A stretch of 64,000 nt of DNA from a bacterium. Its GTDB lineage: Bacteria > Electryoneota > Electryoneia > Electryoneales > Electryoneaceae. The number at the start of each line of letters is the position of its first letter. The stretch's first letter is position 1. The notes under the pieces were generated by a model. It was not told the DNA's origin. It made no database searches and was given only the letters and a program-made list of their open reading frames with translations. Below are positions 20,701 through 30,652 of this stretch, one piece after another. The translations under genes and the position numbers were made by a program. The stretch is from assembly GCA_963669175.1 (NCBI GenBank), contig OY769902.1, positions 800,001-864,000 on the forward strand, given 5' to 3'.

Positions 20701-21610
20701 GGTCGCGATAAGGAGAAATAGAGAAATCAAATATTCGGAATTTTCCTTCTCTGTCAAGGTGAATCGCTTCAAACTGAACCTGTTGCCCAGCGATTGCTTT
20801 CTGGATTGCCTCGTTCAGATTCTCACGCTGTTCCTCAAGGCTCTGCCACCAGGGAGTATCACAGAAGTGCCGCCCGATAACCTCTTCACGCTTCGCATCG
20901 ATAAAAGTCAGCGCTGATTGATTTACTTCAAGTAATTTCCCTTTTGCATCCAGAAGACCGATAAATTGAAAAGACTGGTTAAACATTGCCGCGAGACGCA
21001 GTTCCCTGTCCTGCAAGTTTGAAATGGTTGTGGAAAGGTGTTCGCGTAACTTGTGTAATATATACAGAAACAGGCATGAAAACCACAGAAAACCAACGAC
21101 CAGATGAAGCCACGCAGAAAAGGAAACAGCATATTCGCCGGCGTCAAAATTATATTCGATTTTGCCTGAAACATAACCATAGGCAAGAAAAACTGCGCCG
21201 AGTAATCCGAAAAGCAGGTAGACAACACTGTACGTCAGGTTCAGTACCAACCCAACCATGACAATTGGAACAATCATTGTCACATAGCCAAGCCCAAGCA
21301 ATCCCCAGATATATAGCCCGCTGAGGCCATATAGCATGGCGCCTGTCATGATCAGGTGAATGCGCGCGTTGAAGCTGAATACACCCTTGAACAGGATGGG
21401 AATGAAAATCAACGAAAGAAAACTGATTTGTATAAGCGAGGGTAATTGAAAACCATGCTCAACCAGGCGATATAATTGCACTACCACTGTAGGAATCAAT
21501 GCGATGCCAAACACGATGGCAACTTTGTCAAAAAGCGCTTTCAACGCTTCAGGCGAATTACTGGTTGTATGCAGGCTTTTACTGAAATGAAAAAACTGGT
21601 TGTGGGACAT
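17795..21610 (-). CDS. Membrane sensor histidine kinase with multiple PAS domains and a GAF domain
   Basis: Hydrophobic N-terminal helices, repeated PAS/PAC (RDIT/REIT/NDIT), GAF-like segment, AHEINNPL, DNGPG, GTGLGL. Confidence 0.92.
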   Translation of the reverse strand: MSHNQFFHFSKSLHTTSNSPEALKALFDKVAIVFGIALIPTVVVQLYRLVEHGFQLPSLIQISFLSLIFIPILFKGVFSFNARIHLIMTGAMLYGLSGLYIWGLLGLGYVTMIVPIVMVGLVLNLTYSVVYLLFGLLGAVFLAYGYVSGKIEYNFDAGEYAVSFSAWLHLVVGFLWFSCLFLYILHKLREHLSTTISNLQDRELRLAAMFNQSFQFIGLLDAKGKLLEVNQSALTFIDAKREEVIGRHFCDTPWWQSLEEQRENLNEAIQKAIAGQQVQFEAIHLDREGKFRIFDFSISPYRDHSGNILYLIPEGRDITDLKKNELAAREKANIFRAIFDHSALFNFLLSVDGYIVDHNKNIGDLFDSHGINHEDMKFWDATIWPDPEYATQAERAVKLAAGGIKNSFTAVETDNRGTLHVTENAVYPILDDNNDVIYVVVSAREITERYLAEQRVLESENRFRTLFESANDAIFIMQDDKFIDCNQKTLDLFECTREDIVDQSPFRFSPPTQNDGTNSVEKSRHYIQKAYHDGPQVFAWTHCTFAGIPFDAEVSLNRFEIKDEAFLQAIVRDVSHHVRLERELRRRRDEESLFSNITLRFLNVDPEEYDDSMDEALSQVAALLEVDACYLFHFKDENRRIRLTHFWKNDAIHMDFETDQDFPIEMAEDWIAGLLDNRVKPTSDIQEIKDANPKGYTFFSGIGVGSMLDIPMELRGKVFGFMGVATAERGRVWTDEEISFLKTVAFILINAHVNRVHHEEIVNSESKFRTIFNSSALGIVLHDTRNTFFDVNNTVLQWAGLGYEEMMQKNIYDFTPPIELERRKKIYHDMMEGTISGYRDEWPYIMPNGTKMWMDVIAAPIQAPESNIKMIMTSLNDITERKQSEIELRKLRNYLSNIVDSMPSAIIGLDENGYITQWNREAERLLDKEEHEVRNKKLSDIFPENSRIIEKMMLALENHEPIFESKTKLLGSKGDRVVNTTVYPLISSGIDGAVIRLDDVTERVRLEEMMIQTEKMMSVGGLAAGLAHEINNPLGIILQSIQNMERRTSPDLPKNIQVAEEMGIDLLQVKAYLENRGLYRYIDNIRRAGLRSSDIVRNMLSFSRKSDASFTTVVIPQLLTETVELAANDYDLKKKYDFRNIEVVYEFEEDLPGVVCERQKIQQVFLNIIKNAAQAIANSEMTRKAHIAIRTSFDAPFVRIDIADNGPGISEEARRKVFEPFFTTKPVGEGTGLGLSVSYFIITDNHKGRLEVESQPGEGTTFSVYLPLEVN

Positions 21611-22520
21611 CCTGACCTCTAACCGGACAGTGGGAGCTAAGGAAAATCCTTCCAGATAATATACGATATCAACTCACCAGTTCAGAGGTCACAGGCACAT
21701 TAAGGACAGCTTGCAGGGGAAACTCCAGGCTTGTTGAATATTTCCAGGTATACAATGGAGTAAAACAACGGCGCTGTTGATGCACCCCTCAATATTGCTT
21801 CCTCTCAAGATTGACAAGGCAATCAAGCGAGTTGTCAAAATGTCAACGTGTTAAAAATAATGGTGCTTCGCTGTTTTGTGTGGGTCGTCAATACTATGAT
21901 CACATATCGAAACTTACCGCCATGTCATCCCGGAAACACTGCCGTTTAGCGTTGTCCGGGATCTACGCCTCATGACACTCACACCATTGCTGGTTACGAG
22001 AATCCCAGCCACAGTATTCCTCTTTTCTTTAACGGGGAAAGTTCTGGTAGACTCATCAGATGTGCGTACCCTTCGGGGACGATTGGTGTGGTAGTCCTTG
22101 TATGCCCGAGGGGTACACACCCGCACTATTCAAGTTTCACCTCTTCGAGGTGAGTTGGCAGGCTTTAGCATTAATCACATAGTATTCAACCATTGGTCTA
22201 TCCATTCGAAACAGCGAAGAACCAAAATAATTATAAAGCCAGTTTGTGAAACGGTCCATAAAAAACTGACAATTTGCAAGCGTCTATTTGTCAGTTTGTG
22301 TGTCAGCAAACTTTGGCAATGAACACAAAATATACAATGGGTCAATTAAGTGGTTGTCATTATGTAAATTACAATTGAGTCTTTTTTATACAAAGATTAT
22401 TTTCTTCCAGGCACGACAACATTGTTAAATATTTCAATACTATTGTCAAAATCTTGACTGCTGTTTGATGGGCATCCTATTTTAACGAACACCCGATGCC
22501 ATGAGAGGAGAATCAAGACG

Positions 22521-25500
22521 ATGAGATGCCTTCCGTTTGTTTTAGTGTTATGCATCTGCAGCGCAGCATTTGCCCAGTTTTATCCGCCAGAGCAGAGCTG
22601 GGTAGAATCCGTTGATATTCCCGGCGATGGGGAATATACACCTTCTGCCATTATCTCCCTTGGTGATGCAGCAAGCAGTGATCTGGTTGTGAGTGGTTAC
22701 CAGCTTCCTTTTGTACCCTATGATATCCATCCAAGGTCAGCAGTACTGCTTCGATTAGACCATAATGGGGATACCTTGTTCACGAGCAACAGTGGGGAGG
22801 CGTATTACAGCCCATTTGTTCTCCCATTCCTGAATGGGTCTGTTGTCTCCGGATATACCCAGACATCCCAGTTCACACGTTACATCGATAATACGGGCGC
22901 CATCATCTGGTCCCAGGATGTTCAGCACGAGAACATGCACACGGTACTGGATTTCTGCAAGACAGCGACAGAACAGTATTGCATTTCTTTGCTGGAAGAC
23001 ACCGAAGGCGAGTCCAACCATGCAGTCCAGGTTGTTGATGCTAATGGTGACAGTGTCTGTTTCTACGAATTGAATGATAATGCTGGAGCAGTGGCCTACC
23101 GTACCGGATCAAACCTCCTTTTGACCACGGACAATGATTTGAATGGGCAACTGAAATTGACCTGTTATGATTTCCTGTTCGACATCGTCTTGTGGGATGT
23201 GTACTTCAGCGATTTGACCATGTGCAGTGATATTGTCCGTGTTGCCAATGACCGTTTTGTTCTGCTGGCCGACGAGCTGGTAGGGATTAACCATTATGGA
23301 GATGTTCTCTGGACCAGGGACATAGTTGCTCACAGGGGACGGTTGCGTAGCGATGGGTCTGTTGTCGTCTTGAATGATGATACAGGCGAAGCAACCCTGA
23401 TCGACGAAAACGGCAATATCATCTGGTCTTTTATTCCCGTTGAAGATTTGGGATCCTGCAACTCTTTTGATGTGGACATCAATGACGGCAACCTGGTAGT
23501 CATGAGCCAGGAGCTCTTCTATTCAAATACAGAAATCCGCAGTTTCAGCAACAGTATGGCATTGGAACATCACTATACCTGTGTCGAGGAAACAGGTCAA
23601 CATTATGATATTATTATTGATACGGTGTACTTTGCAGAAGATGTAGACCCAGAAAAAATCCACTACTATTACAACGAAATCGGGATTTTTGACGGCGATC
23701 TCTGTGTCGGAAACAGTTTCCTGGGCAATTCTTACGACGGCATTCGAGCCTGGGAGGGAGATCCGGGCTTCCAACCGGGAAACACGATCGATTACCGTTT
23801 CTATCAGCGTTGGGAAAACAATTGTGAACTGGTAGTGGATTCCGTGATTTACAACTTGGGCAATGGCACATTCGGATATGGAGATCATGCGGAAGTATCG
23901 CTCTATGTCAGTCCCGCGCCGGCGCTGGTCGAATTTGAGCTGCAAACACCGGCATACGATCAACTGTTGTACGACAACACAGTAACATTCCGTTGGGATA
24001 GCGCCCGGAATCCTGATTTCCCGGAAGAGGTCACGTATGACTTCTATCTTTCGACACGTGCTGACAGCCTGGGTGAGCCTTTTGCTTCTACATCGGAGAC
24101 CTTCTATACCACCACCCTGCTCCCAGACATCTATTACTGGACAGTAGTTGCAAAAGATGAAAGTGATTTGGAAATAGCCGCGCCGGATACCAACCGGGTG
24201 TATGTCCAGATACTAACCAACACACACATCCATGGCAGCCTGGGACCGGGCGCTCTATACGTTCCAACACATATCAGCTTCACCGAAACGGATTCCATGA
24301 TTCTGAATCCCGGCACATATCTGCTGTTCCATGATGGCGTTCAGTTTGATGCGTCAGCGGGTTATCTGCAATCAATGGGGACTGTGTCAGATAGCATTTA
24401 CTTTACAACGGTCGATAACGCCACTTTCCGTGGCGATATGACTCTTGGCGAGCATTTCCGTGCAGCCTACACTGTACTGGAACGGTGCAATACTCAAACG
24501 CAACTGACTTGCAGTACAGAAGATACAGTTCTGCAGCATTGTGACATCCGGAACAGCATCACCAATGGCGGCATTATTATCAGCGGAAATCCGATTATCA
24601 CGGATTGTGTTTTTCGTAATAATCAATGTTCACTCAGGTCAGAGACTGGCGCTGGCTTAACCATCACAAATGGACGCCCCAGGATCTACAACACGGTTAT
24701 CCGGGACAATGAGAGAACGACATATTTTTATGGTGGTGGCGCCACGGTAGGCGAAAATGCGTTTCCCGAGTTTTACAATGCTCACTTTTGCAACAACAGG
24801 GTAAGCTATCCTTCTTCGGGCAATGGTGGCGGATTGGCGGTCACCACCGGTGGTAGCGCTTTGTTGGTTGACTGCTTGTTGGATTCCAACCACAGCAACA
24901 ACTATGGTGGTGGTATCTATATGGGCGGGGATTCATTGATTATCCGGAACTGCCAGCTTACGAACAATTCCGGTTCAATTGGTGGTGGTATAGCTATCCG
25001 TAATGGCGCCGTGATTATTGATTCGACAGATATGGTCCATAATGATGTGTACACCAATGGGGGCGGTGTGTACGCTTCAGCAACAAGCAGCGCCTACCGT
25101 TATTCCTTAAGCATGCAAAACTCTACAATTTCACACAACAGTTCCGGCACATCTGGTGGAGGATTGGCGCTATACAGCAGCTCCAACCCGTTGTCAGAAG
25201 CGACAATTGAAAACTGTCACATCGATGAAAATACAGGAGAATATGGCGCCTGTATGCGAGTGAGTGGTGAAGTTGTCATTAACATGAACTACTGTACCTT
25301 CGACTATAATTTTATTGATGGAAACAGCTATACGGATCCTGTCTTTTTTATAAACGAGGTTGAATCCATTACTTTCTCACACTGTAATATTCTAAATCAT
25401 GAAATCAACTATTTGTTTTCTGGAGCAATGAACGATGATGCCACAGTCAATATGAATAATAGTTGTATTGTCAACAACAACAACCTGGTTTATGATGACC

Positions 25501-28500
25501 GTGTAGAATTCGAAGTAACCCATTGTTTATTCTACGATAATGTTGAATCATACCCGGACGGTATTGGCGGTTTGACTCAGGTTAATGCGAACGGCGATTC
25601 CTGCGACGTCAATTATAACCTGTTCCTGAACCCGCAATTCGTGTATCCGGATACAGGGAATTACCAGCTTCAAGCTTCATCGCCATGTGTAGATGCCGGT
25701 GACCCCGAAAGTCCAAATGACCCCGACGGGTCCATTGCCGATATCGGTGTGTATCCGTTGGACACGGATATTCCCACGCCTCCTTCATCGTTTGTGTTGA
25801 TCTCACCGGCCGATGACGACACAATACGGGTCAACGAAACCACGCTGGTCTGGCAACAAGCGTATGACCGTAATCCAGAGGATAGCGAGTTACACTACGA
25901 TGTGCTGGTGAGCCACAATGCTGACCTGTCGGATGGCTGGTATGTCGCGGAGGGAATCACAGACACAACATTCTCGCTGCCCCTCGATGATGATCAGACG
26001 TATTACTGGACAGTGCATGCTGTAGACAGCAACACGGATGGTACCTGGGCAAGCAGTGTATTCTCTTTCAACACCTTTATCCTCGATGCGCCGGGAGTAT
26101 TTACCCAGTTGCTGCCGACTGATGGGCAAACTGTCCATAACGACACGGTGAAAGTTGTCTGGTCAACCTCTGTGGAGGTCGATCCAGGCGATTATGTAAC
26201 CTATGCCCTGGAGTGGAGTACCTATGAATCATTTACAGAGTACTATAGCGGTTTTACGGGTGATACCTGTTGCACCCTGACAAACCTGGCGGATATCCTC
26301 GCCGGAACACGTGAAGCTCCCCTGGGTGAAGATAGTCAATCCCCGGGATTCGTGGGAAATTCGATTTCATTCCATTCTTCAGATGCTTCCCGCCAGTCGA
26401 ATGATGCCGGTCTGCGCGCCCGGCAGATAACACTGTCCGGCTCGAGGGGGCAGCGTGGCAATGTATCCGGCGCAAACGAGCTGGATGAGTTACCGGATGA
26501 TCAAACTATTTACTGGCGTGTGCGTGCATTTGATCAACATAATTTGAGCACGTGGGCTAACGCCGGTGAAGATGGCTGGTCCTTCCATGTAGACGAGTAC
26601 CAGCGTCCGGAAGGGTTGAGTTTGCTCGAACCTGCAGACGAAGCTGTAATCAACGGGTTGTCCGCTACACTCTGTTGGGAAGCGGCCACAGATCCAGATC
26701 CTTACGATACGCCGCATTATGATGTCTGGCTTGGTACGGAAGAATCCTTTGAAGAAGCCACGTTGATTGGCGACAGCATAGAAGCTATCTCGATTGAAGT
26801 GGATGAGTTGACAGACGATCAGACGTATTACTGGAAGGTTCGTGCGACAGATAGCAACACTGAAGGAATATGGTCGGATGTCTATTCCTTCAGCACCTAC
26901 ATGGTGTCACCTCCTGCGCCTTTCCAAATGGTAGCTCCGGTTGATGGCAGTGTAGAAAATGCCTATTCAGTAACCTTGACCTGGGAAGCGACAACCGACC
27001 CCGACCCTGACGATGAATTCAGCTATGAAGTCGAATGGTCACTGGATGCCGGTTTCGAAAACAGCATGTCAGCCACGACAACCGAAACATCCTGGCTGAT
27101 CGAGGATGTACCGCAGCTCCTCGCTGGCGGATTAGGTAACAACGGAACATCACTGCAAACAGATGCTCCGGCCGGTTTTGGCGGCGCGACAAGAAACTCG
27201 ACACTTGATGAACTGGATGACTTGCCGGACGACAATATCATTTACTGGCGGGTGAAGGCGGTTGATAATCATGACAGCCTGTGTTGGGCCAACGATGATG
27301 CGGCGGGCTGGTCGTTCAGCGTGGATGTGATGCAAGCGCCGTTGGCATTTGAACTGAGTGAACCGGCAGATGGAACCGTGATCAACGGGTTGTCCGCTAC
27401 GCTCAGTTGGGAAACGACTACCGATCCAGATCCTTACGATACGCCGCATTATGATGTCTGGCTTAGTACGGAAGAATCCTTTGAAGAAGCCACATTGATC
27501 GGTGACAGCATCACGGCTATCTCGATCGAAGTACCCGAACTGGCAGACGATCAGACCTATTATTGGAAAGTCCGTGCCACCGACAGCAACACAAGCGGGA
27601 CATGGTCGGAAGTATACTCCTTCAGCACTTATGAAATGGAACCACCTGCCCCATTTGCATTGTTAACCCCAGCGAATGGTGGAATGGAACATGGGTATTC
27701 GGCGACATTGACCTGGGAAGCTACGACAGATCCGGACCCGGATGATGAGTTCCACTACGAAGTGGAATGGTCACTGGATGACGATTTCGAAGCCAGCATG
27801 TCAGCAACCACTACCGAAACATCCTGGCTGATCGAAGATGTACCCCAACTCCTCGCTGGCGGATTACGTAACAACGGAACATCACCGCAAACGCATGCCC
27901 CGGCCGGGTTTGGCGGCGAGACAATGAACTCGACACTTGATGAACTGGATGACTTGCCGGACGACAATGTCATTTACTGGCGGGTGAAGGCGGTTGATAA
28001 TCACGATAGCCTGCGTTGGGCCAACGATGATGCAACGGGCTGGTCCTTTACTGTGGACGTGTACCAGGCGCCGGAAGCATTCAGTCTGCTGAGTCCGGTT
28101 TCAGAGGATACATTCTGGAACCTGGAAGCGACCCTGACCTGGGAAGAAACCACAGATCCGGACCCATACGATACGCCCACCTATACTGTCTACATGGGTA
28201 CGTCGGAAGAACTGACTGACGATGACATCATCGCCGAAGACCTGGAAACGACTTCCTTTATCCAAACTAATCTGGATGATGATACGGAGTATTTCTGGAC
28301 TATTCATGCCAACGACAGCAATACGGACGGAACCGATGCCAGTCAGGTGTGGTCGTTCAGGTCTTATCTCGTAGAACCGCCGGATGCGTTTGATCTGGGT
28401 GAACCCGAAAATGAAGCCGTTTTGGCTGAAGACATTGTCACCATTACATGGTACCCCGCATCCGATCCCGATCCGGGTGATGCTGTTGTTTACGAAGTGG

Positions 28501-30065
28501 AATGGTCAGCAGACGCTGATTTTGAAGTGTCGTATGCCACGAGCGTAACGGACACATTCTACACCATTACCGATCTGGATGATCCTGAATTGTTGTTTAG
28601 TGGTTGTCGAAACGACGGGAACCGTCGAGATTCCCACAGCCCGGAAGGTGTGATCCAGTTTATGGGATCAACCGGAACCGAAACACCGGCTATTGAAAAC
28701 GATACCGCTGAACTGGATGAGCTTCCGGATGAAAGCCGCATCTACTGGCGGGTGCGTGCGGTTGATCGTTACGGCACAGCCACCTTTGCCAACCAGACGG
28801 ACTGGTATTTTGATATTTATATTCCCGAACCGCCGGAATTGTTTGATTTGTTGTTGCCTGCGGATGGCGATACGGTTGAAGCCGACTCCTGTGAACTGGT
28901 TTGGGATGCGGCGACCGATCCGGACGAGGGCGATGTGGTGTCCTACTGGATCTGGTGGGCGACCGACGAAACCTTTACCGAAAACCTGGATTCCACAACT
29001 TCCGGAACGGAAACCTCTGTTGTCATCCGTGATCTGTCTGACGATTCAACCTACTGGTGGAAAGTACGCGCCCAGGACACCAACACCATAGGAACCTGGT
29101 CCAGTCAGACCTTCCATTTCGATGTGTATATCGCAGGGGAGCCGTTACCCTTCACCCTGATCACACCGGATTCGTCGGATACCTGCTGGACACTCAACCA
29201 GACCCTGCTCTGGCATGCAACAATCGATCCAGACCCGGATGATCAAGTCTGGTATGATATCTACGTGGGACAAAGCCCGGACTTTACCGGCGCTGATCCT
29301 GTCAATGCGGGGCTGGACGATACAACCCTGACCCTGAGTAACCTGACTGACGATACCCGGTATTACTGGACGGTCAAGGCTACGGATAACAACACGGACG
29401 GCACCTGGGCGGACACGGTATTCTGGTTCCGTACCTATCATGTCGATCCTCCGGATTCCTTTGACCTGATTTCCCCGGAAGATGAGCTGGTTTTCGATAC
29501 CTACCTGGATACGTTGGTCTTCAGGTGGGAAGAAGCGACCGATCCGGACCCCAACGACGAGATCGTCCGTTACATTCTGGAGCTGGGATCGGAAGCGGAT
29601 TTCGAGGCGCCGGATTCCACATATGACGCGCAGACAGCGGATTCTATCGCGGTGGTCTTCCCGAGTTTTGAGACCGAAGTGCAGTACTGGTGGCGGGTGA
29701 GGGCAATGGATTCGTTTGATTCATCACGCATTTCCACAGAAACCCGGATGATCAGCGTGTGGAATGATGTCGTAGAACAACCCTTCTCCGGCATCCCGGT
29801 CGAGTACAGTATCGCGGCCGCCTACCCGAACCCGTTCAACCCGCAGCTCAGTATTGTCATCGGGCTTCCGGAAACGGCGGAACTACGAGTCACGGTGTTT
29901 AACATCCTGGGCAAACGTGTCGCCGACATCACCCACGAAACCCATCAACAGGGATTCCAACGGTTCACCTTCGATGCCACCAACCTGGCCAGCGGTATGT
30001 ACTTCATCCACGCCACCGTGCCCGGTAAAATGAGCGAAATCAGAAAGGTGTTCCTTGTGAGGTAG
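22521..30065 (+). CDS. Giant secreted/surface protein: N-terminal beta-rich region, right-handed beta-helix repeats, about 12 FN3/Ig-like repeats, C-terminal Por/FlgD-type sorting domain
   Basis: Signal peptide; GGG(I/L)...N..I..N beta-helix repeats; SPCVDAGDP; repeated F.L..P....L.W....DPDP....Y.W.V.A.D units; AAYPNPFNP...SGMYFI...KVFLVR tail. Confidence 0.85.
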   Translation: MRCLPFVLVLCICSAAFAQFYPPEQSWVESVDIPGDGEYTPSAIISLGDAASSDLVVSGYQLPFVPYDIHPRSAVLLRLDHNGDTLFTSNSGEAYYSPFVLPFLNGSVVSGYTQTSQFTRYIDNTGAIIWSQDVQHENMHTVLDFCKTATEQYCISLLEDTEGESNHAVQVVDANGDSVCFYELNDNAGAVAYRTGSNLLLTTDNDLNGQLKLTCYDFLFDIVLWDVYFSDLTMCSDIVRVANDRFVLLADELVGINHYGDVLWTRDIVAHRGRLRSDGSVVVLNDDTGEATLIDENGNIIWSFIPVEDLGSCNSFDVDINDGNLVVMSQELFYSNTEIRSFSNSMALEHHYTCVEETGQHYDIIIDTVYFAEDVDPEKIHYYYNEIGIFDGDLCVGNSFLGNSYDGIRAWEGDPGFQPGNTIDYRFYQRWENNCELVVDSVIYNLGNGTFGYGDHAEVSLYVSPAPALVEFELQTPAYDQLLYDNTVTFRWDSARNPDFPEEVTYDFYLSTRADSLGEPFASTSETFYTTTLLPDIYYWTVVAKDESDLEIAAPDTNRVYVQILTNTHIHGSLGPGALYVPTHISFTETDSMILNPGTYLLFHDGVQFDASAGYLQSMGTVSDSIYFTTVDNATFRGDMTLGEHFRAAYTVLERCNTQTQLTCSTEDTVLQHCDIRNSITNGGIIISGNPIITDCVFRNNQCSLRSETGAGLTITNGRPRIYNTVIRDNERTTYFYGGGATVGENAFPEFYNAHFCNNRVSYPSSGNGGGLAVTTGGSALLVDCLLDSNHSNNYGGGIYMGGDSLIIRNCQLTNNSGSIGGGIAIRNGAVIIDSTDMVHNDVYTNGGGVYASATSSAYRYSLSMQNSTISHNSSGTSGGGLALYSSSNPLSEATIENCHIDENTGEYGACMRVSGEVVINMNYCTFDYNFIDGNSYTDPVFFINEVESITFSHCNILNHEINYLFSGAMNDDATVNMNNSCIVNNNNLVYDDRVEFEVTHCLFYDNVESYPDGIGGLTQVNANGDSCDVNYNLFLNPQFVYPDTGNYQLQASSPCVDAGDPESPNDPDGSIADIGVYPLDTDIPTPPSSFVLISPADDDTIRVNETTLVWQQAYDRNPEDSELHYDVLVSHNADLSDGWYVAEGITDTTFSLPLDDDQTYYWTVHAVDSNTDGTWASSVFSFNTFILDAPGVFTQLLPTDGQTVHNDTVKVVWSTSVEVDPGDYVTYALEWSTYESFTEYYSGFTGDTCCTLTNLADILAGTREAPLGEDSQSPGFVGNSISFHSSDASRQSNDAGLRARQITLSGSRGQRGNVSGANELDELPDDQTIYWRVRAFDQHNLSTWANAGEDGWSFHVDEYQRPEGLSLLEPADEAVINGLSATLCWEAATDPDPYDTPHYDVWLGTEESFEEATLIGDSIEAISIEVDELTDDQTYYWKVRATDSNTEGIWSDVYSFSTYMVSPPAPFQMVAPVDGSVENAYSVTLTWEATTDPDPDDEFSYEVEWSLDAGFENSMSATTTETSWLIEDVPQLLAGGLGNNGTSLQTDAPAGFGGATRNSTLDELDDLPDDNIIYWRVKAVDNHDSLCWANDDAAGWSFSVDVMQAPLAFELSEPADGTVINGLSATLSWETTTDPDPYDTPHYDVWLSTEESFEEATLIGDSITAISIEVPELADDQTYYWKVRATDSNTSGTWSEVYSFSTYEMEPPAPFALLTPANGGMEHGYSATLTWEATTDPDPDDEFHYEVEWSLDDDFEASMSATTTETSWLIEDVPQLLAGGLRNNGTSPQTHAPAGFGGETMNSTLDELDDLPDDNVIYWRVKAVDNHDSLRWANDDATGWSFTVDVYQAPEAFSLLSPVSEDTFWNLEATLTWEETTDPDPYDTPTYTVYMGTSEELTDDDIIAEDLETTSFIQTNLDDDTEYFWTIHANDSNTDGTDASQVWSFRSYLVEPPDAFDLGEPENEAVLAEDIVTITWYPASDPDPGDAVVYEVEWSADADFEVSYATSVTDTFYTITDLDDPELLFSGCRNDGNRRDSHSPEGVIQFMGSTGTETPAIENDTAELDELPDESRIYWRVRAVDRYGTATFANQTDWYFDIYIPEPPELFDLLLPADGDTVEADSCELVWDAATDPDEGDVVSYWIWWATDETFTENLDSTTSGTETSVVIRDLSDDSTYWWKVRAQDTNTIGTWSSQTFHFDVYIAGEPLPFTLITPDSSDTCWTLNQTLLWHATIDPDPDDQVWYDIYVGQSPDFTGADPVNAGLDDTTLTLSNLTDDTRYYWTVKATDNNTDGTWADTVFWFRTYHVDPPDSFDLISPEDELVFDTYLDTLVFRWEEATDPDPNDEIVRYILELGSEADFEAPDSTYDAQTADSIAVVFPSFETEVQYWWRVRAMDSFDSSRISTETRMISVWNDVVEQPFSGIPVEYSIAAAYPNPFNPQLSIVIGLPETAELRVTVFNILGKRVADITHETHQQGFQRFTFDATNLASGMYFIHATVPGKMSEIRKVFLVR
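26600..28070 (+). repeat. Intragenic 732-bp (244-aa) tandem duplication (boundaries approximate)
   Basis: ATCAACGGGTTGTCCGCTAC at 26649 and 27381; ACCGAAACATCCTGGCTGATCGA at 27081 and 27813 (offset 732). Confidence 0.85.
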
Positions 30066-30111
30066 TTTGATTTTACGGATATAGTATTTCTTGAAAGTAA
30101 TGTCGGATACA

Positions 30112-30185
30112 GTCATCCCCAGCGCAGGCGGGGATCTACTCCCTTCGAATTACCGGATGAGATCCCCGCCTGCGCTGGGGATGAC
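30112..30185. repeat. REP-like perfect 26-bp inverted repeat
   Basis: GTCATCCCCAGCGCAGGCGGGGATCT ... AGATCCCCGCCTGCGCTGGGGATGAC; related single arms near 21924 and 47214. Confidence 0.8.
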
Positions 30186-30249
30186 ATCTCGGCGATCACC
30201 TCAGTATTTCGCCTGCTGTGGATGCGACAATACTTTCGATATTCACTAT

Positions 30250-30351
30250 AAAAAACCGGGACAGATCCGTGTGGAGTTGTCCCGGTTTGTTTGTTTTCAC
30301 CATTGATGGCACAAAAAAACAGGTAGAAGCCGTATGACCTCTACCTGTTTT
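30250..30351. terminator. Two terminator-like hairpins between the giant gene and tRNA-Met
   Basis: AAACCGGGACA...TGTCCCGGTTT and AAAACAGGTAGA...TCTACCTGTTTT. Confidence 0.65.
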
Positions 30352-30356
30352 GTTTG

Positions 30357-30430
30357 TAGCGGGGAGCGGGATCGAACCGCTGACCTTGCGATTATGAGTC
30401 GCACGCTCTAACCAGCTGAGCTACCCCGCC
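30357..30430 (-). tRNA. tRNA with CAT anticodon (elongator Met, or Ile2); CCA not encoded
   Basis: GGCGGGGTAGCTCAGCTGGTTAGAGCGTGCGACT-CAT-AATCGCAAGGTCAGCGGTTCGATCCCGCTCCCCGCTA cloverleaf. Confidence 0.93.
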
Positions 30431-30652
30431 ACGGCGTAGCCTGTTGTGTTTTCACACGAAACCTGAAGATACACGATGAAGGTCGCCTCTGCAACCCGAA
30501 CATGGTTGTCTCAGAGACGGGAGATTCTAGGTAGTAATTGACAGTGTTTTCGGGGGTTAGGTTGAAGTGAAAAAAGCAGACAGTGAAAAAAGAAACGGCA
30601 GTGCGGTATACAAATAGCAGGTTGCATTAATCAGGTGAGCAACAGGCCGCTC

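Noticed and set aside
26600-28070. DGR template/variable repeat pair
   Set aside because: Both copies are in-frame coding, differences do not appear adenine-restricted, and no reverse transcriptase is present
26280-28750. Inteins as the explanation of the inserted loops
   Set aside because: Too short and lacking N-terminal Cys/Ser and C-terminal His-Asn splice motifs
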